Shown piece by piece: positions 1-10,729 of a stretch of 64,000 nucleotides of DNA. The stretch spans positions 1-64,000 of the forward strand of contig NW_013657664.1 of assembly GCF_000142905.1 (NCBI RefSeq), written 5' to 3'. The DNA is from Thecamonas trahens ATCC 50062. Taxonomy: Eukaryota; Protista; Apusomonadida. A program made the position numbers and the translations under genes. The notes under the pieces were generated by a model. The model did no database searches and was not told where the DNA came from. It saw only the letters and a program-made list of their open reading frames with translations. The stretch's first letter is position 1, and each line of letters opens with the position of its first letter.

Positions 1-84
1 CCTACCTACCTACCTACCTACCTACCTACCTACCTACCTACCTACCTACCTACCTACCTACCTACCTACCTACCTACCTACCTA
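1..84 (+). repeat. Terminal (CCTA)21 array (TAGG on the other strand), distal to the telomeric hexamers
   Basis: Perfect 4-nt tandem repeat from base 1, with the C-rich strand on top as expected at a left chromosome end. Confidence 0.9.
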
Positions 85-144
85 ACCCTAACCCTAACCC
101 TAACCCTAACCCTAACCCTAACCCTAACCCTAACCCTAACCCTA
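81..144 (+). repeat. Telomeric (CCCTAA)n / TTAGGG array, about 10 units
   Basis: (CCTAAC)10 at 81-140 followed by CCTA, at the scaffold end in the correct orientation. Confidence 0.95.
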
Positions 145-1119
145 GCTGATGCCTCATCAACCCTAGCCCCACTCCATTTCTCCCCACCGACCACCACTCA
201 CTCCACTTGCCACTCTCTGCCCCCTTGCCACCCCGTCTCATCCCATCCTTGTTCCACATCCACTTTCCCACCCACCTCACCATACTCATCCCTTACCCCA
301 CCATGCGCATGGCTGTGCATGGGCCTGAATTGAGTCTTTGATGCTGATTAACAATCCCCAGCCCCCCATTGACACTTGCCCGTGTCACACGTTCGGCCGA
401 GTCGCATGTGCGGGTTGGTGGGTGACATGAATGTCATTCAACATTTTCATGATTCGCTACTCGTCACTCGTTTGATTGTTTGACATTCAATGGATTATCA
501 TTGATCATTGTCAATTGAATATCTGATTGTCTCTGCTTCTCTTGTTGTTGGCTATCCATGTTCCTTGTTCGTTGCCGTTTATGTTTCTACATGCTTTGTT
601 GTTGCTATTGTCGGCCTTCATGTTCTGCTTTGTTTGCTTTTGCCTGTTATGGTTGACCGTAATCGGCATGCATCCTCATTGATCATTGCCTTTGCTCTTG
701 TTGTTGCTTTTTATCATTATTCGTCATGCTTCAATTGTTCTTTATTCTCCTGTTTTCATTGACCTTGACTTCCACATCCACCATCGGGCCTTGCTCACTA
801 CACTATCGATTCTCATCTTTGTTGTCGTTTGTCGTGGTCAATAGTTGTGCATGCAATGTATTTTGTGGTGACTCTATTGTATCTTGGTGGTGGTTGATCT
901 GCAGATCTGATCGATCAACCGCGCCCTGCCTCATCGACCTGAACGTCACCCAAGTTCATCCCATTGCCTGCCAGCCTTACTCAGCCCCTGTTGGCTTTCT
1001 CATATGTGTGTTGCAAATGCTATGTATGATCTGTGGTTGTTGTTGTGGACGTCATTGCCTCGTTTGATGCCCGTTCCGGCTTTTCCTCAATTAATTTAAC
1101 GTTCAACTCAATTAACGTC

Positions 1120-3350
1120 CGCCGCCTTCCCTCTGCCGGCCAAGTACCCGCTGCCCCTATCGCCCACACCCCACACACACCCATCAGTCGTATCATACTC
1201 ACCTTCATCAATGCTCAAGCCCAATCGCCATACCTACTACCATTTCGCCCGTCACGACCCCNNNNNNNNNNNNNNNNNNNNNNNNNNNNNNNNNNNNNNN
1301 NNNNNNNNNNNNNNNNNNNNNNNNNNNNNNNNNNNNNNNNNNNNNNNNNNNNNNNNNNNNNCTATCCCAGCCACAACTCCCACCCCCATGCTATGGCCAT
1401 CTTCACCACCATCCCATCGCGCACTCGGCTTCCTCTTCCTCCTCCTCCTCCTCCTCTTCCCGCTCCAGCTCACCCGCATCCTCATCCCCGACCCTGACAC
1501 CCATACCCCTCAACCATCACAAGTCATACTGCCCAATCTCCAACCAACAGCAATCTCAAGCTACCCCGCTCCGACCCAGCCCCCTCTGCTGTCCTTGCCT
1601 CGACGGCCACCAGCCGCCAGCCGCCGCCCGCTCGCCCGATCAGCCCACCCTCATCGCCACCTAGCTCCCTCCCACCACTAGCTACGCAACCCACGACCAC
1701 ATGCAAGGTCGTCACTCACCCCACACTATCACCAGTACCAATATCGCTATCAGCGATACCCATCGACCTCGGCTCACTTGCGCGTCGATTTGTTTTGCCT
1801 TGGCGGTTGAGCACGCCCTCGACCGCCCGACCCCGCACATGCCCCCCATCACACTTATTACCAGCTATACCCAATCTGATTTCACTACTACTCTTCTACA
1901 CGCCCACACTATCCCCTTGCACCGTCTCCAATCCACAACTGCAGTATTCCAGAATCCGAGTTCTGCCACCTGAGGCCCAAGTTGTTGGCCCTGTCCCTTC
2001 GAAGGTGCTCACCCCCCCGCCCCGGGCCCATCACCGACCCCCACTCCCCACCATCCACACCCACAACCACCACACCCACACCACACATACTCACCACCCC
2101 TGCAAACATAGCTACTCACTCCGTGCCCGCCGATATTCACATCAGCCGACGCCACCCCGTCAACAGCATGGCTGCCGACCGCCTGCTGCTCGCCGCCGAC
2201 CACCGCCCGCCGCCGACCGACCACCGCCGGCACCACCGAGAGCAAGCTAGCCATCGATAGGGCATTGGAGGCGATGCATACGGATAGCCACAGCATTGGC
2301 AATGACTACCAGTCGGCCCTTTAACCCACTCCTCCCCTCCCTCGTCCGGCCTTGCCCATCACAGCCCCCGCCGGCCTGGTCATCGCCAGCCGCTGCTGCC
2401 GCCGATCACCGAGCCAGACGACGAGGCCTATGGACTGGCCAGGACGAGAAAGGACAAGAGAGGGCAAGAGTGACCGATAGGCAATGCAGTTGTAGGCCAG
2501 AGTGCAATGGTCTGCCTCCTCTTCCAATCCCAAGCCATCGTCCCCATCGACGTCCATCTCAATCCAATCCGTCCGCCCTCCTCGCCCTTGCCGCCCAAGT
2601 ACCCGGCTCCCTCATCGTCCACACACCACACATCCCCATCATACTCACCCTACCCACGCACATCCATCCGCAAGCCCAAGTTCCATACTCACCATCGTTT
2701 CGCCCGCCACGCCACCCACGTCACGACCCCCCTCATCCCCCCCTACCATACTCATTACGCCCTATCACCACCAACCACTACCCCCACCCCCTACCCAACC
2801 ATCATCACCTCCATCCCAGCTGCAACTCCTACCCCCATACTGTGGCCATACCCACCACCATCTCATCGCGCACCCGGCTTCCTCTTCCTCCTCATCCTCC
2901 TCCTCTCCCCGCTCTACCTCACCCCCATCCTCATCCCTGACCTCGACACCGCCATCTGCTCAACTATCACAAGTCATACTGCCCATCGTCCAACCAACAG
3001 CAATCGCAAGCCATCCAGCCCCGACCCAGCCTCCTCAGCTGCCCCTGCCTCGCCGACCACCAGCCGCCAGCCGCCGCCCGCTCGCCTGATCAGCCGACCT
3101 TCATCATCACCTAGCTTCCCACCACCATCTACGCATCCCGCGACCACACTCCACGAGCTCCAGTACCAATATCAGCATCACCCCAACCCATCCACCTCGG
3201 CTCACTTTCGTCACGACTTGTTTTTCCTGGGCGCTTGAGCACGTCCTCGCCCGCTCGACCGACCGCCGCTGAGCCAGCCGACCGCCGCCCGCACCACCTC
3301 CATCAAGCTCGCCATCGACAGGGCATAGGAGGCAAGGCAGACGACCAGCC
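1120..3350. repeat. Diverged subtelomeric tandem duplication (copy 1 about 1120-2290, copy 2 about 2570-3350)
   Basis: Shared blocks include ATCACAAGTCATACTGCCCA, CCAACCAACAGCAATC, CCACCAGCCGCCAGCCGCCGCCCGCTCGCC and CAAGCT.GCCATCGA.AGGGCAT; boundaries are approximate. Confidence 0.8.
1262..1361. other. Assembly gap (100 N); further gaps at 40457-40556 and 52902-53001
   Basis: N runs. Confidence 1.
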
Positions 3351-3588
3351 ACATGAATACCAATGCCTCACCCCATGAGGCTTGGTTAGTACTGTGATGG
3401 GGGACCACACAGGAATACCGAGTAACGCATTCTCCTTTCTTTTTGCCAGTCGCGCCACCCTCCTCTGCCCCCCCCCCCCTCCCCCCAAACTGTCCACCAC
3501 CTCACCGCCCGACAACTTGTCTTGCCACGCATCCCCATACCCCCCCACCCCACACACACACATACACATACATACATACACGTCTCCT

Positions 3589-6500
3589 ATGTACACGCCT
3601 GTGCTGGGAGAGGTCTTCACCCAGACCCCGGCTCCACTACGCGGACACACCACCACCGTCGACCTGGCGCCAAAACAGCGCGCCAAGCACCGCCCTCGCC
3701 GCGCCCTCGCCTGGGCGGACATGCCGCTCGACCCGAGCCTATTTACCATGCCTGCGCTCACAGGCGTGGCAAATCCTCCGTCATTGTCTCCGGTGGCCTC
3801 CTTTGAGCTTGCTCTTCCCGCCCCAGCTCCCGAGCCGAGCGCCGCCGCCGAGCTCGCCTTTGCGCCCGGCCCGGCCTCGTTCATCGACGCCGTCCGCACT
3901 CCGGTCGTGCCGGTTGTCCGCGCCTCGCCCTTCTTTTCCGAGGCTGGGGAAGAGGTCTTTGATCGCGTCTACACCGACCACTTTTCGAGCCGCGCCTCTC
4001 ATCCACATCTCGCCCTGCCCGAGGACGTCCTCGTGGCGACTGTCCTACATCTAGTCGTCGGCGTCCCCTCGACCTGCTTTGTCTACGATGTCACGACAGC
4101 CACCTTCATCGGCGCCGGCGCGCTCCGCATGCCGTTTGCCTCGACCGCTGCGTCGCAGCGCCTGCTCTCCGAGTTTCTGGCCCTGGGCACCTACTTTAAG
4201 CGGGTCGAGGATCTCGCCGGCGCCGTCCATCTCCGCGGCCGCATCGCCTCGTGCTTCGGCGGTGAGCTCGCCCTTGTCCTACAAGAGTTTCGCTGGTTTG
4301 TCTTGCAAATCGGCGATGCTGCGCGCGCTCGCCCCGACTTGCCGCTCACTCTGATGGAGCTGCTCCATGTCGTCCGCGTCTGGCAATCGCGCTTTGCCTT
4401 TCTGGCGAACGCCTGCGGCGTTGCCGATCTCAGTCGCGGCCCGTGGGATCTTGCGGATGCGCTCAACAACATGCCGTCCGGTCCTGCCCTCCTGCGTCAT
4501 CTTGACGCAGTCGCTTCGGCTCCGCACGACACGGTTCTTGCGCCGCTTGCCCGTCGCCTCCTCCAAGCCGCTGCCGTACCGGTCCTCGATGCTCTCGCCG
4601 CCCTTGTCTTTGGTGGCAAGGTGCGGAATCCAGACGGCGAGCTTCCTCTTTCCTCACGGCCCGGGGCCGAGGCCGGTTTCCTTGTCGCCGGCGAAGCCGC
4701 CGAGGCCTGGGAAGCGGTTGCTGCCCTCGCCCCCGATCCGGACCTTGCCCTTCCACCTTTCTTCCATCGGCTTCTTCCATCAGCGCTCCTCGCGGCCCGA
4801 TCGCTGGCCTGCATCCGCGCGCTCGAGCCGCAGCACTATGTCTTTGATGACACAGCTCGGTTCCCGCTTGTCTTGGCGCACGACGGCGAGTCCGAAGCCG
4901 CCTTTCGCGCTGCTGTTGCTTTCCATATCGAATGCCACAGCAGTCTCGTCACGGCGCTTGCTGACCGCCTCACTCCCGACCTTGTGTCAGCCCAGGCCAG
5001 GCTTGATGCCGCCCGTGCTGTCTTGCGCGATGCCGCTGAGGCGCGCGCTCGTGCTGCACAGGTCGCTGCTGATGCCAAGCGTGAGCGCATGGGGGCCATC
5101 CTCCGCGACCGCGCTGCTGCCCGCGATCGTGCCGCTGCCGCCGCCGCTGAGGTTCGCGCCGCCGACGCCGCCATGGCCGAGGCCTGGCGCCTCGAGGCTG
5201 AGCAGTACGCGCGCGCCCGCGCCGAGCTTGCCGACCACGCACGTCAAGAAATCAAGGACTACTACGCCGCCCGCGAAGCTGCTCTTGAGGCCAAGATTGC
5301 TCGTGCCGAGTGGCGTGCCCTTCGTCTCACTCGCCGTGCCGCACTGGAAGCCTCCCTTGCCGCCGCCGCTGCTGCCGCTGCCGCCACTGGCGACAACAAC
5401 GACAACTCGCCCGTTTCCCCTCTGATCGTTGTGCCGGCTCCCACGGTCCACTACGGCCGTTTCTCTTCTACCTCGCCACTCGCCCTGTCTCCCTCCTCCT
5501 CGCCGACCTCCTCGCCGTCGCCGTCGCCATCCCCGCCGCCATCGTCATCCCCGCCGCCATCCTCGTCAGCGGTTCCTGCCCTCTCGGTTCCTAACGACGT
5601 CGACGCCACCTCCAGCTCCAACCCGGTTCCGGCACTCACCATTGCCGCCGATCCGACACCGCCTCCATCCACCACCCCCATCCCGTCACCCACCCCGTCA
5701 CCCACCTCGTCACCCACTCCCTCGCCAACCTCGCCCAATCCTCCCGCTCCTACCACTCCTGCCACCGTCGACAACGATGTCGTCGCCACTACCACGCTCG
5801 CCGCTCGCCTCTCGACCCAAGTCCGCCTCGTCAACCGCGCTGTCCTCTACCTTTTTATGTACCCGCTGCATCTCGAGCAGCATCTGCGGGCACTGCGCGA
5901 CTTTCTGCTGATGGGCGCCGGCGACTTTGCCCACTCGCTCTCGACCCTGCTGTTTGAGCGCCTCGAAGAAGTCACCCGTCCGCGTCCCACCGACCTTGAG
6001 TTGGGCCTCATTCTGGACGCTGCCTTTGCTGTCCATGCCCCGAACGAGACCGCTGATCCACCGCCGCTCTCGCTGGCATGGGCCGAGACCGACGGCGACG
6101 CCCGCTCCGGCTGGTCGCCGTACGTCCCCGGTGCCTTTGACAATCTCTGCCTCGGCTATACCGTTCCGCCGCCGCTCGACATCGTCGTCGACCCGCCGGC
6201 GCTTGCCTCCTACCAAGCTGTCCACGTGCTTTTTCTCCGCATCCAGCGCTGCTCGGCAGTGCTCACCGACTTGTGGTCGGTCCTGCAAGCCCCGCGCCTC
6301 CGCAACGTCCGCAACACCTCGGTCCATGCCCTCCATCTCCGCAAGCTTCAGCGAGTCCGTGCGCAGATGCAGCACTTTGTCTCGATTATGCAGGGCTATC
6401 TCGCTTCGCAGGTTCTCGACGCTGCTTGGACCGACTTTACATCGGCTCTCCGCGCCCGGGTCGGCTGTCTTGACTCACTCCGTGCCGAGCACGCCGCCTT

Positions 6501-6816
6501 TCTCGCCGCCGTCCACGCAAAGTGCCTCCTCACTCCCGCCGCCCGTTCCGTCATGAATGTCATCGACGGCATGCTCGCCACCATCCTCAAGTTCTACGAG
6601 CTCATCGTCTCACAGACTGCCCTCGACTCACTCACCCACGCCAACATGGCCCGCTTCGAGTCGGTCGCAGACTCGTTTGCCCGCTACGCTGTCTTTCTCT
6701 TCAAGCTCCTCTCCAAGCTTGTCCTTCGCGGCCACGCCACTCATCTCGACGACCTCCTCATCCGCCTCGACTTTAATGGTTTCTTCTCTTCGCTCGACGT
6801 CGAGAACCAGCTGTAA
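3589..6816 (+). CDS. TUBGCP6: Gamma-tubulin complex component, GCP6-like (Spc97/Spc98 family); start uncertain
   Basis: GRIP1-like N-half and GRIP2 C-half (LEQHLRALRDFLLMGAGDFAHSL, LGYTVPPPLDIVV, MQHFVSIMQGY, LLIRLDFNGFF), separated by a long coiled-coil/Pro-Ser insertion typical of GCP6. Confidence 0.8.
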   Translation: MYTPVLGEVFTQTPAPLRGHTTTVDLAPKQRAKHRPRRALAWADMPLDPSLFTMPALTGVANPPSLSPVASFELALPAPAPEPSAAAELAFAPGPASFIDAVRTPVVPVVRASPFFSEAGEEVFDRVYTDHFSSRASHPHLALPEDVLVATVLHLVVGVPSTCFVYDVTTATFIGAGALRMPFASTAASQRLLSEFLALGTYFKRVEDLAGAVHLRGRIASCFGGELALVLQEFRWFVLQIGDAARARPDLPLTLMELLHVVRVWQSRFAFLANACGVADLSRGPWDLADALNNMPSGPALLRHLDAVASAPHDTVLAPLARRLLQAAAVPVLDALAALVFGGKVRNPDGELPLSSRPGAEAGFLVAGEAAEAWEAVAALAPDPDLALPPFFHRLLPSALLAARSLACIRALEPQHYVFDDTARFPLVLAHDGESEAAFRAAVAFHIECHSSLVTALADRLTPDLVSAQARLDAARAVLRDAAEARARAAQVAADAKRERMGAILRDRAAARDRAAAAAAEVRAADAAMAEAWRLEAEQYARARAELADHARQEIKDYYAAREAALEAKIARAEWRALRLTRRAALEASLAAAAAAAAATGDNNDNSPVSPLIVVPAPTVHYGRFSSTSPLALSPSSSPTSSPSPSPSPPPSSSPPPSSSAVPALSVPNDVDATSSSNPVPALTIAADPTPPPSTTPIPSPTPSPTSSPTPSPTSPNPPAPTTPATVDNDVVATTTLAARLSTQVRLVNRAVLYLFMYPLHLEQHLRALRDFLLMGAGDFAHSLSTLLFERLEEVTRPRPTDLELGLILDAAFAVHAPNETADPPPLSLAWAETDGDARSGWSPYVPGAFDNLCLGYTVPPPLDIVVDPPALASYQAVHVLFLRIQRCSAVLTDLWSVLQAPRLRNVRNTSVHALHLRKLQRVRAQMQHFVSIMQGYLASQVLDAAWTDFTSALRARVGCLDSLRAEHAAFLAAVHAKCLLTPAARSVMNVIDGMLATILKFYELIVSQTALDSLTHANMARFESVADSFARYAVFLFKLLSKLVLRGHATHLDDLLIRLDFNGFFSSLDVENQL

Positions 6817-6820
6817 ATTC

Positions 6821-9301
6821 TTACGATTGCGAGAGGTCCGGTGACGACGACGCGGCCTGTGCCGCCCGAAGAGGACCCCATCGCAATCCGACTGTCTCGG
6901 CCGATGGGCTGGTGCTCTCGCCGTCGTACCCCTCGTCCGTGTCCTCCACCACCACGTCGATCACCGTCGTCGACACTTTGTACTTGGCCAGGAGCCCATC
7001 AACGTGCGACGTGCTGCTCGATGTAGGAAGCGCCGGCGTCGTAATCGGAACGGCTGGGAAACCAGCGCTCTTTGGGCTCAGCGACGACGCCTGCGTCAAC
7101 TTGCGTGACCTCGATCGCCCGCGTGTCCGCTTGGACTTTCCCTTGGGCCGCGCCACGCTCTCGGGCCGTGTCGCCGACCGCGACCGTGACCGCGACCGCG
7201 TTTGCGACTTGGAACGCGACTGCGATCGCTGTCGCTCTTCGGCCCGCTTGCGGATGGCGTCAGGTGTAAAGATCTCCGGAATCTTAGGCTCGCGCGTCGG
7301 CGTCCGCGACGTCCGCGGCGGCTTGCGGTTGAGCATCAACAACTTGAGCACCGACTTGTTGCCCGCCGCAGGCGGTTTGGAGTACGCCAGCGTCCGCGGG
7401 ATCTTGTACTTCTTACCCGACTTCCACATCTCCATCACGGCGTCGCGCTCGGCCCGTACCTCGTCCAGCTCGTCCGCTTGCCGAATGTTTTCGGCTTCCA
7501 GCAGCCCAAGGCCTTCGCGGGCCTCGCCGAGTGCCTCGCCCAGCGACCGCGCGTCGTTCTCAGCCCGCTCCTGCTCCGTGCGAGCCTTCAGAAGCGCATC
7601 CGCAAGCGCCTCGGCCTCCGCTGCGGTGTCCTGAGCTCGTTCCCGCTCTGCCTTTGCCCTTGCCAGCGCCTCATCGCGCTCTGCGGCCAGCGCTGCGGCC
7701 CGCTTCTTGCGTGCCGCCGCTTTTTGCTGTGCCGAGGCTGCCGCCGCCTCGGCCGCAGTGCGTGCCGCCTCGGCTGCTGCCAGTGCCCCGCGGGCCGCGT
7801 CTGTCGCCGAGTTGTGCCCATGGCATTGTGCCTCCAGGTCGGCAATTCGCGACTTGGCCAGCTCTAGCTCATCCAACACGCGCTTTTTCCGCCGTCGCGA
7901 CGACGCCAGCCGCGCCTTGAGATCTGCGGTTTCGGCCGAGTCCGAGTCGGCCGCAACCAGCGCTTCCTTGAGTGCGGTACACTCTGCCTCTAGCGCCGCA
8001 GCACGCGCATTAGCAGCGTCAGCAAACCGCTGTCCATCTACCAGCAACTGTCGCAGCTCCGCCAGATGTCGCGCCAGCTCGTTGTTCCGTCTCGCCTCTC
8101 GGCGGATGTACGCCTTAAGCTCGGTCTCACGCCTGGCAGCAGATCGCAGCGCACGCGCCAGCCGCGCACGAAGTTCGTCTGTTGTCTCTTCTAGCTCAGC
8201 AATCTGGCTCCGCATTGAATCTTGTTCGGTGACAAACCGCTCGTGATCACGCATGAGGCTTTTTCGGGCCTCGGTAACAGATGCCTCGGCCGCAGACTGA
8301 AGCGAGTTGACTCGGGCCTGCATCACCTCCTGGGTCGACTCTAACGACGACGCGCGTGTCGCCGTCAGCGCCGCCTCGGTCTCTGCACTCACAGCCCGCG
8401 ACAGGAGACTGCTGTTCTCTTCTTGCAGCGCCGCAATACGCTCCCGCAAGCTGAGCATGGCAGACCGCTCGGCCTCGAGCGCTGCGGCGAGCGCGTCGCG
8501 CTCGATCGCCGCCTGGGCTGCCTGCGTCGCCGCGCTGGCTGCACTTGACGTCGCCTCGGTGGCCCGCGCCCGCACGTGCTGCAGCTGCTCGGCGAGAGAC
8601 GTCAACGTGGCCTCGGCTGCCGGTGGCACCGCAGCCGCGCGCTGCAGCGACTGCTCTAGTGCCGTCACTGTCGCCTCCAGCGAGCTCTTCTCTGCCACCA
8701 GTCCCTTGATCTGAAGCGACAACTGCTGGACCTGCTGTTCCAGGGCACTTTGGGCAGCCTCGGCATCATCTTTGCCCTTGGCGGCATCGCGGAATCGCCT
8801 CGCTGCAGCCTTGATCTTCTTCTCGCGGGCCTGTAGCGCCTCCACCTCACACTGCAGAGCAGCGACCTGCTCGGCGGCAGCAACTGCCGCTCGCGCCTCA
8901 GCCTCTTGTTCACGAATTGCTGCTTCGCGATCGGCGTCGACAAGCGCATCCACTCCGCCTTTGACCCGCGCTGCCGCGCACGCCGCCGACGCCGCTCGCG
9001 ACGACGCTGACGCCGCCATCTGCAACGCGGCCTCAAGCTGCCGCGACGCAAGTGCTAGTGCGTTCGACTCGAGCAAGCCAGCGAGCGTGACCAGCGATGC
9101 ATCACCCTCGGCCCCCCGCTGTCTTGCCGGGCTCTGTCGGCTCGGCGAGCTCGGCGGCGGCGTTCGCGTGTACTGCGCCAGGGCCGCCCGGTCGAGTGTT
9201 GTCGCCCGGTGGCTCGGCGTCGGCGTCACCGCCGCCATGTCCACCGGCAACCCGCTGCTCCCTGGAAACCGTACCGACGCAACGTCTCCACCTCGCCACA
9301 T
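6821..9301 (-). CDS. Long coiled-coil protein with a basic RS-rich C-terminus, function unknown
   Basis: About 825-codon ORF with heptad A/E/L/R composition; first plausible ATG at 9301. Confidence 0.7.
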   Translation of the reverse strand: MWRGGDVASVRFPGSSGLPVDMAAVTPTPSHRATTLDRAALAQYTRTPPPSSPSRQSPARQRGAEGDASLVTLAGLLESNALALASRQLEAALQMAASASSRAASAACAAARVKGGVDALVDADREAAIREQEAEARAAVAAAEQVAALQCEVEALQAREKKIKAAARRFRDAAKGKDDAEAAQSALEQQVQQLSLQIKGLVAEKSSLEATVTALEQSLQRAAAVPPAAEATLTSLAEQLQHVRARATEATSSAASAATQAAQAAIERDALAAALEAERSAMLSLRERIAALQEENSSLLSRAVSAETEAALTATRASSLESTQEVMQARVNSLQSAAEASVTEARKSLMRDHERFVTEQDSMRSQIAELEETTDELRARLARALRSAARRETELKAYIRREARRNNELARHLAELRQLLVDGQRFADAANARAAALEAECTALKEALVAADSDSAETADLKARLASSRRRKKRVLDELELAKSRIADLEAQCHGHNSATDAARGALAAAEAARTAAEAAAASAQQKAAARKKRAAALAAERDEALARAKAERERAQDTAAEAEALADALLKARTEQERAENDARSLGEALGEAREGLGLLEAENIRQADELDEVRAERDAVMEMWKSGKKYKIPRTLAYSKPPAAGNKSVLKLLMLNRKPPRTSRTPTREPKIPEIFTPDAIRKRAEERQRSQSRSKSQTRSRSRSRSATRPESVARPKGKSKRTRGRSRSRKLTQASSLSPKSAGFPAVPITTPALPTSSSTSHVDGLLAKYKVSTTVIDVVVEDTDEGYDGESTSPSAETVGLRWGPLRAAQAASSSPDLSQS

Positions 9302-9449
9302 ACCGGGCCTTGTGTGTGGAGTGGACGAGGCTTGAGTGCGGTGGCGTGCTGTGGGGCCTTTGGCTCCTGTTGAGCCGTTTGAGCAAAACTCAACTGCTGC
9401 CGCCAACGGACTTGGGAAGCCGCGGCCGACAGACAGGTTGGGATGACGT

Positions 9450-10571
9450 TCATTTGAGAAGGAGCTCGATGTTACCGGGCGTGGTAATGCGCCAGACAAC
9501 GTGGTCAAAGCTGGAGTTGGTCTTGCTATCGATGACCAGGCCGCTACCGTCGTGAGCAAGCATCAGATCGTCGTCGAGGCTCGAGACAATGCCGCCGTTG
9601 GGGTGCAGCCGCCAGGTTTGATTGGCGCGCGCGCCGCGGAGCTTCTTCCAAAGGATGACCTGATTGCCCGGCTCCGCCACGCCCCGGTCGACGTCGAGAA
9701 CCGTGTCGTCCTCGCTGGAGTCCACGAGAAAGACTGCACCGTCCTTGGCGGGGCAGACCTCGTAGTTGCCCACGATGGTGGCACCAGAATCGAGAGCCTC
9801 TCGCTGGCCATGTGGGTCAAAGGCGAGTGAGACTGTGTGGACCGTAAAGGCCTCATTGATGGCCGAGTTGACGAACCGGGTCCGCCCGTGCCTGACGCTA
9901 CCGACTTCGTCGTGGACGTGGCCGAAGAGGTGGAGCGACGGCTGCGCCACGTGGAGCATGTGCGCGCGGAGCCCGGCGTCGCCCCAGTGGCTGAGGCATG
10001 CCCGATGGCTGTCCTTGCCGCACTCTGGCACGTCGCAGCGAACCCGTGTAGTCTTGGACGTCGAGTGCCATGCCAGATCGAGGATGGCCAGCGGCGGCAT
10101 GTGGGTGACCGCCACGTCGACGCCTGCAGGGCACGTCCCCCACACCTTGTTGCGCTTGGACGCCGAGGTCACGCCGAACATCGACGTCGGGTAGCAGTTA
10201 GTGACCGGCGAGCCCCAGAGGGTAAAGCCAAATGGCTCGACGACGACAGTCTCGTTCTGCACATAGTAGTCGGCGTTAGAGAAGAAGGCAGCGATCTCAT
10301 CGCGCGACATGCCCTTGAACGCCGTGTCGTGGTTCCCAATCACCACAACCTTGACCGCGTAGTCCAACTCACCAAGCCACGCGTTAAAGTCCTCCGCTAC
10401 ATCCTTCTCTCCGCGATTGAGGATGTCTCCCGAGTGGATGAGCACATCGCCCGGAGGAAGCCCGTCGGTCAGCTCGCGATGTCTGCAGTGCGTGTCCGAG
10501 ATGTGCACAATGGTCACCTGCGCCGAACCCCGCCCAGCCCGGCCGGCATGGGCGACGCTCACATGAGACAT
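9450..10571 (-). CDS. Calcineurin-like metallophosphoesterase (MPPED/239FB-like) with a C-terminal ricin-B lectin domain
   Basis: Motifs HISDTH, HSGD, GNHD, THMPP, FGHVH; C-terminal VLDVDRGVAEPGNQVILWKK...NQTWRL (QxW). Confidence 0.85.
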   Translation of the reverse strand: MSHVSVAHAGRAGRGSAQVTIVHISDTHCRHRELTDGLPPGDVLIHSGDILNRGEKDVAEDFNAWLGELDYAVKVVVIGNHDTAFKGMSRDEIAAFFSNADYYVQNETVVVEPFGFTLWGSPVTNCYPTSMFGVTSASKRNKVWGTCPAGVDVAVTHMPPLAILDLAWHSTSKTTRVRCDVPECGKDSHRACLSHWGDAGLRAHMLHVAQPSLHLFGHVHDEVGSVRHGRTRFVNSAINEAFTVHTVSLAFDPHGQREALDSGATIVGNYEVCPAKDGAVFLVDSSEDDTVLDVDRGVAEPGNQVILWKKLRGARANQTWRLHPNGGIVSSLDDDLMLAHDGSGLVIDSKTNSSFDHVVWRITTPGNIELLLK

Positions 10572-10729
10572 GACCAAGAGTAAGCGCTAGCGACAGTCAA
10601 GTGGCTTGCTGTCGCCTCGTGGCATCGCTCATAGCCTCGACTGCTCGGTTTTGAAGGTGAGGATGGAAGGTCGGTGTTGAATGCCTCAATTCCTTCGCGC
10701 GAAGGAATTGTTCTCCGCTCGCAACTTCT

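Noticed and set aside
74-289. ORF ending in (GL)n
   Set aside because: It is a translation of the telomeric repeat
508-1067. Hydrophobic ORFs that look like membrane proteins
   Set aside because: They arise from T-rich subtelomeric composition, use non-host codons and show no recognisable motifs
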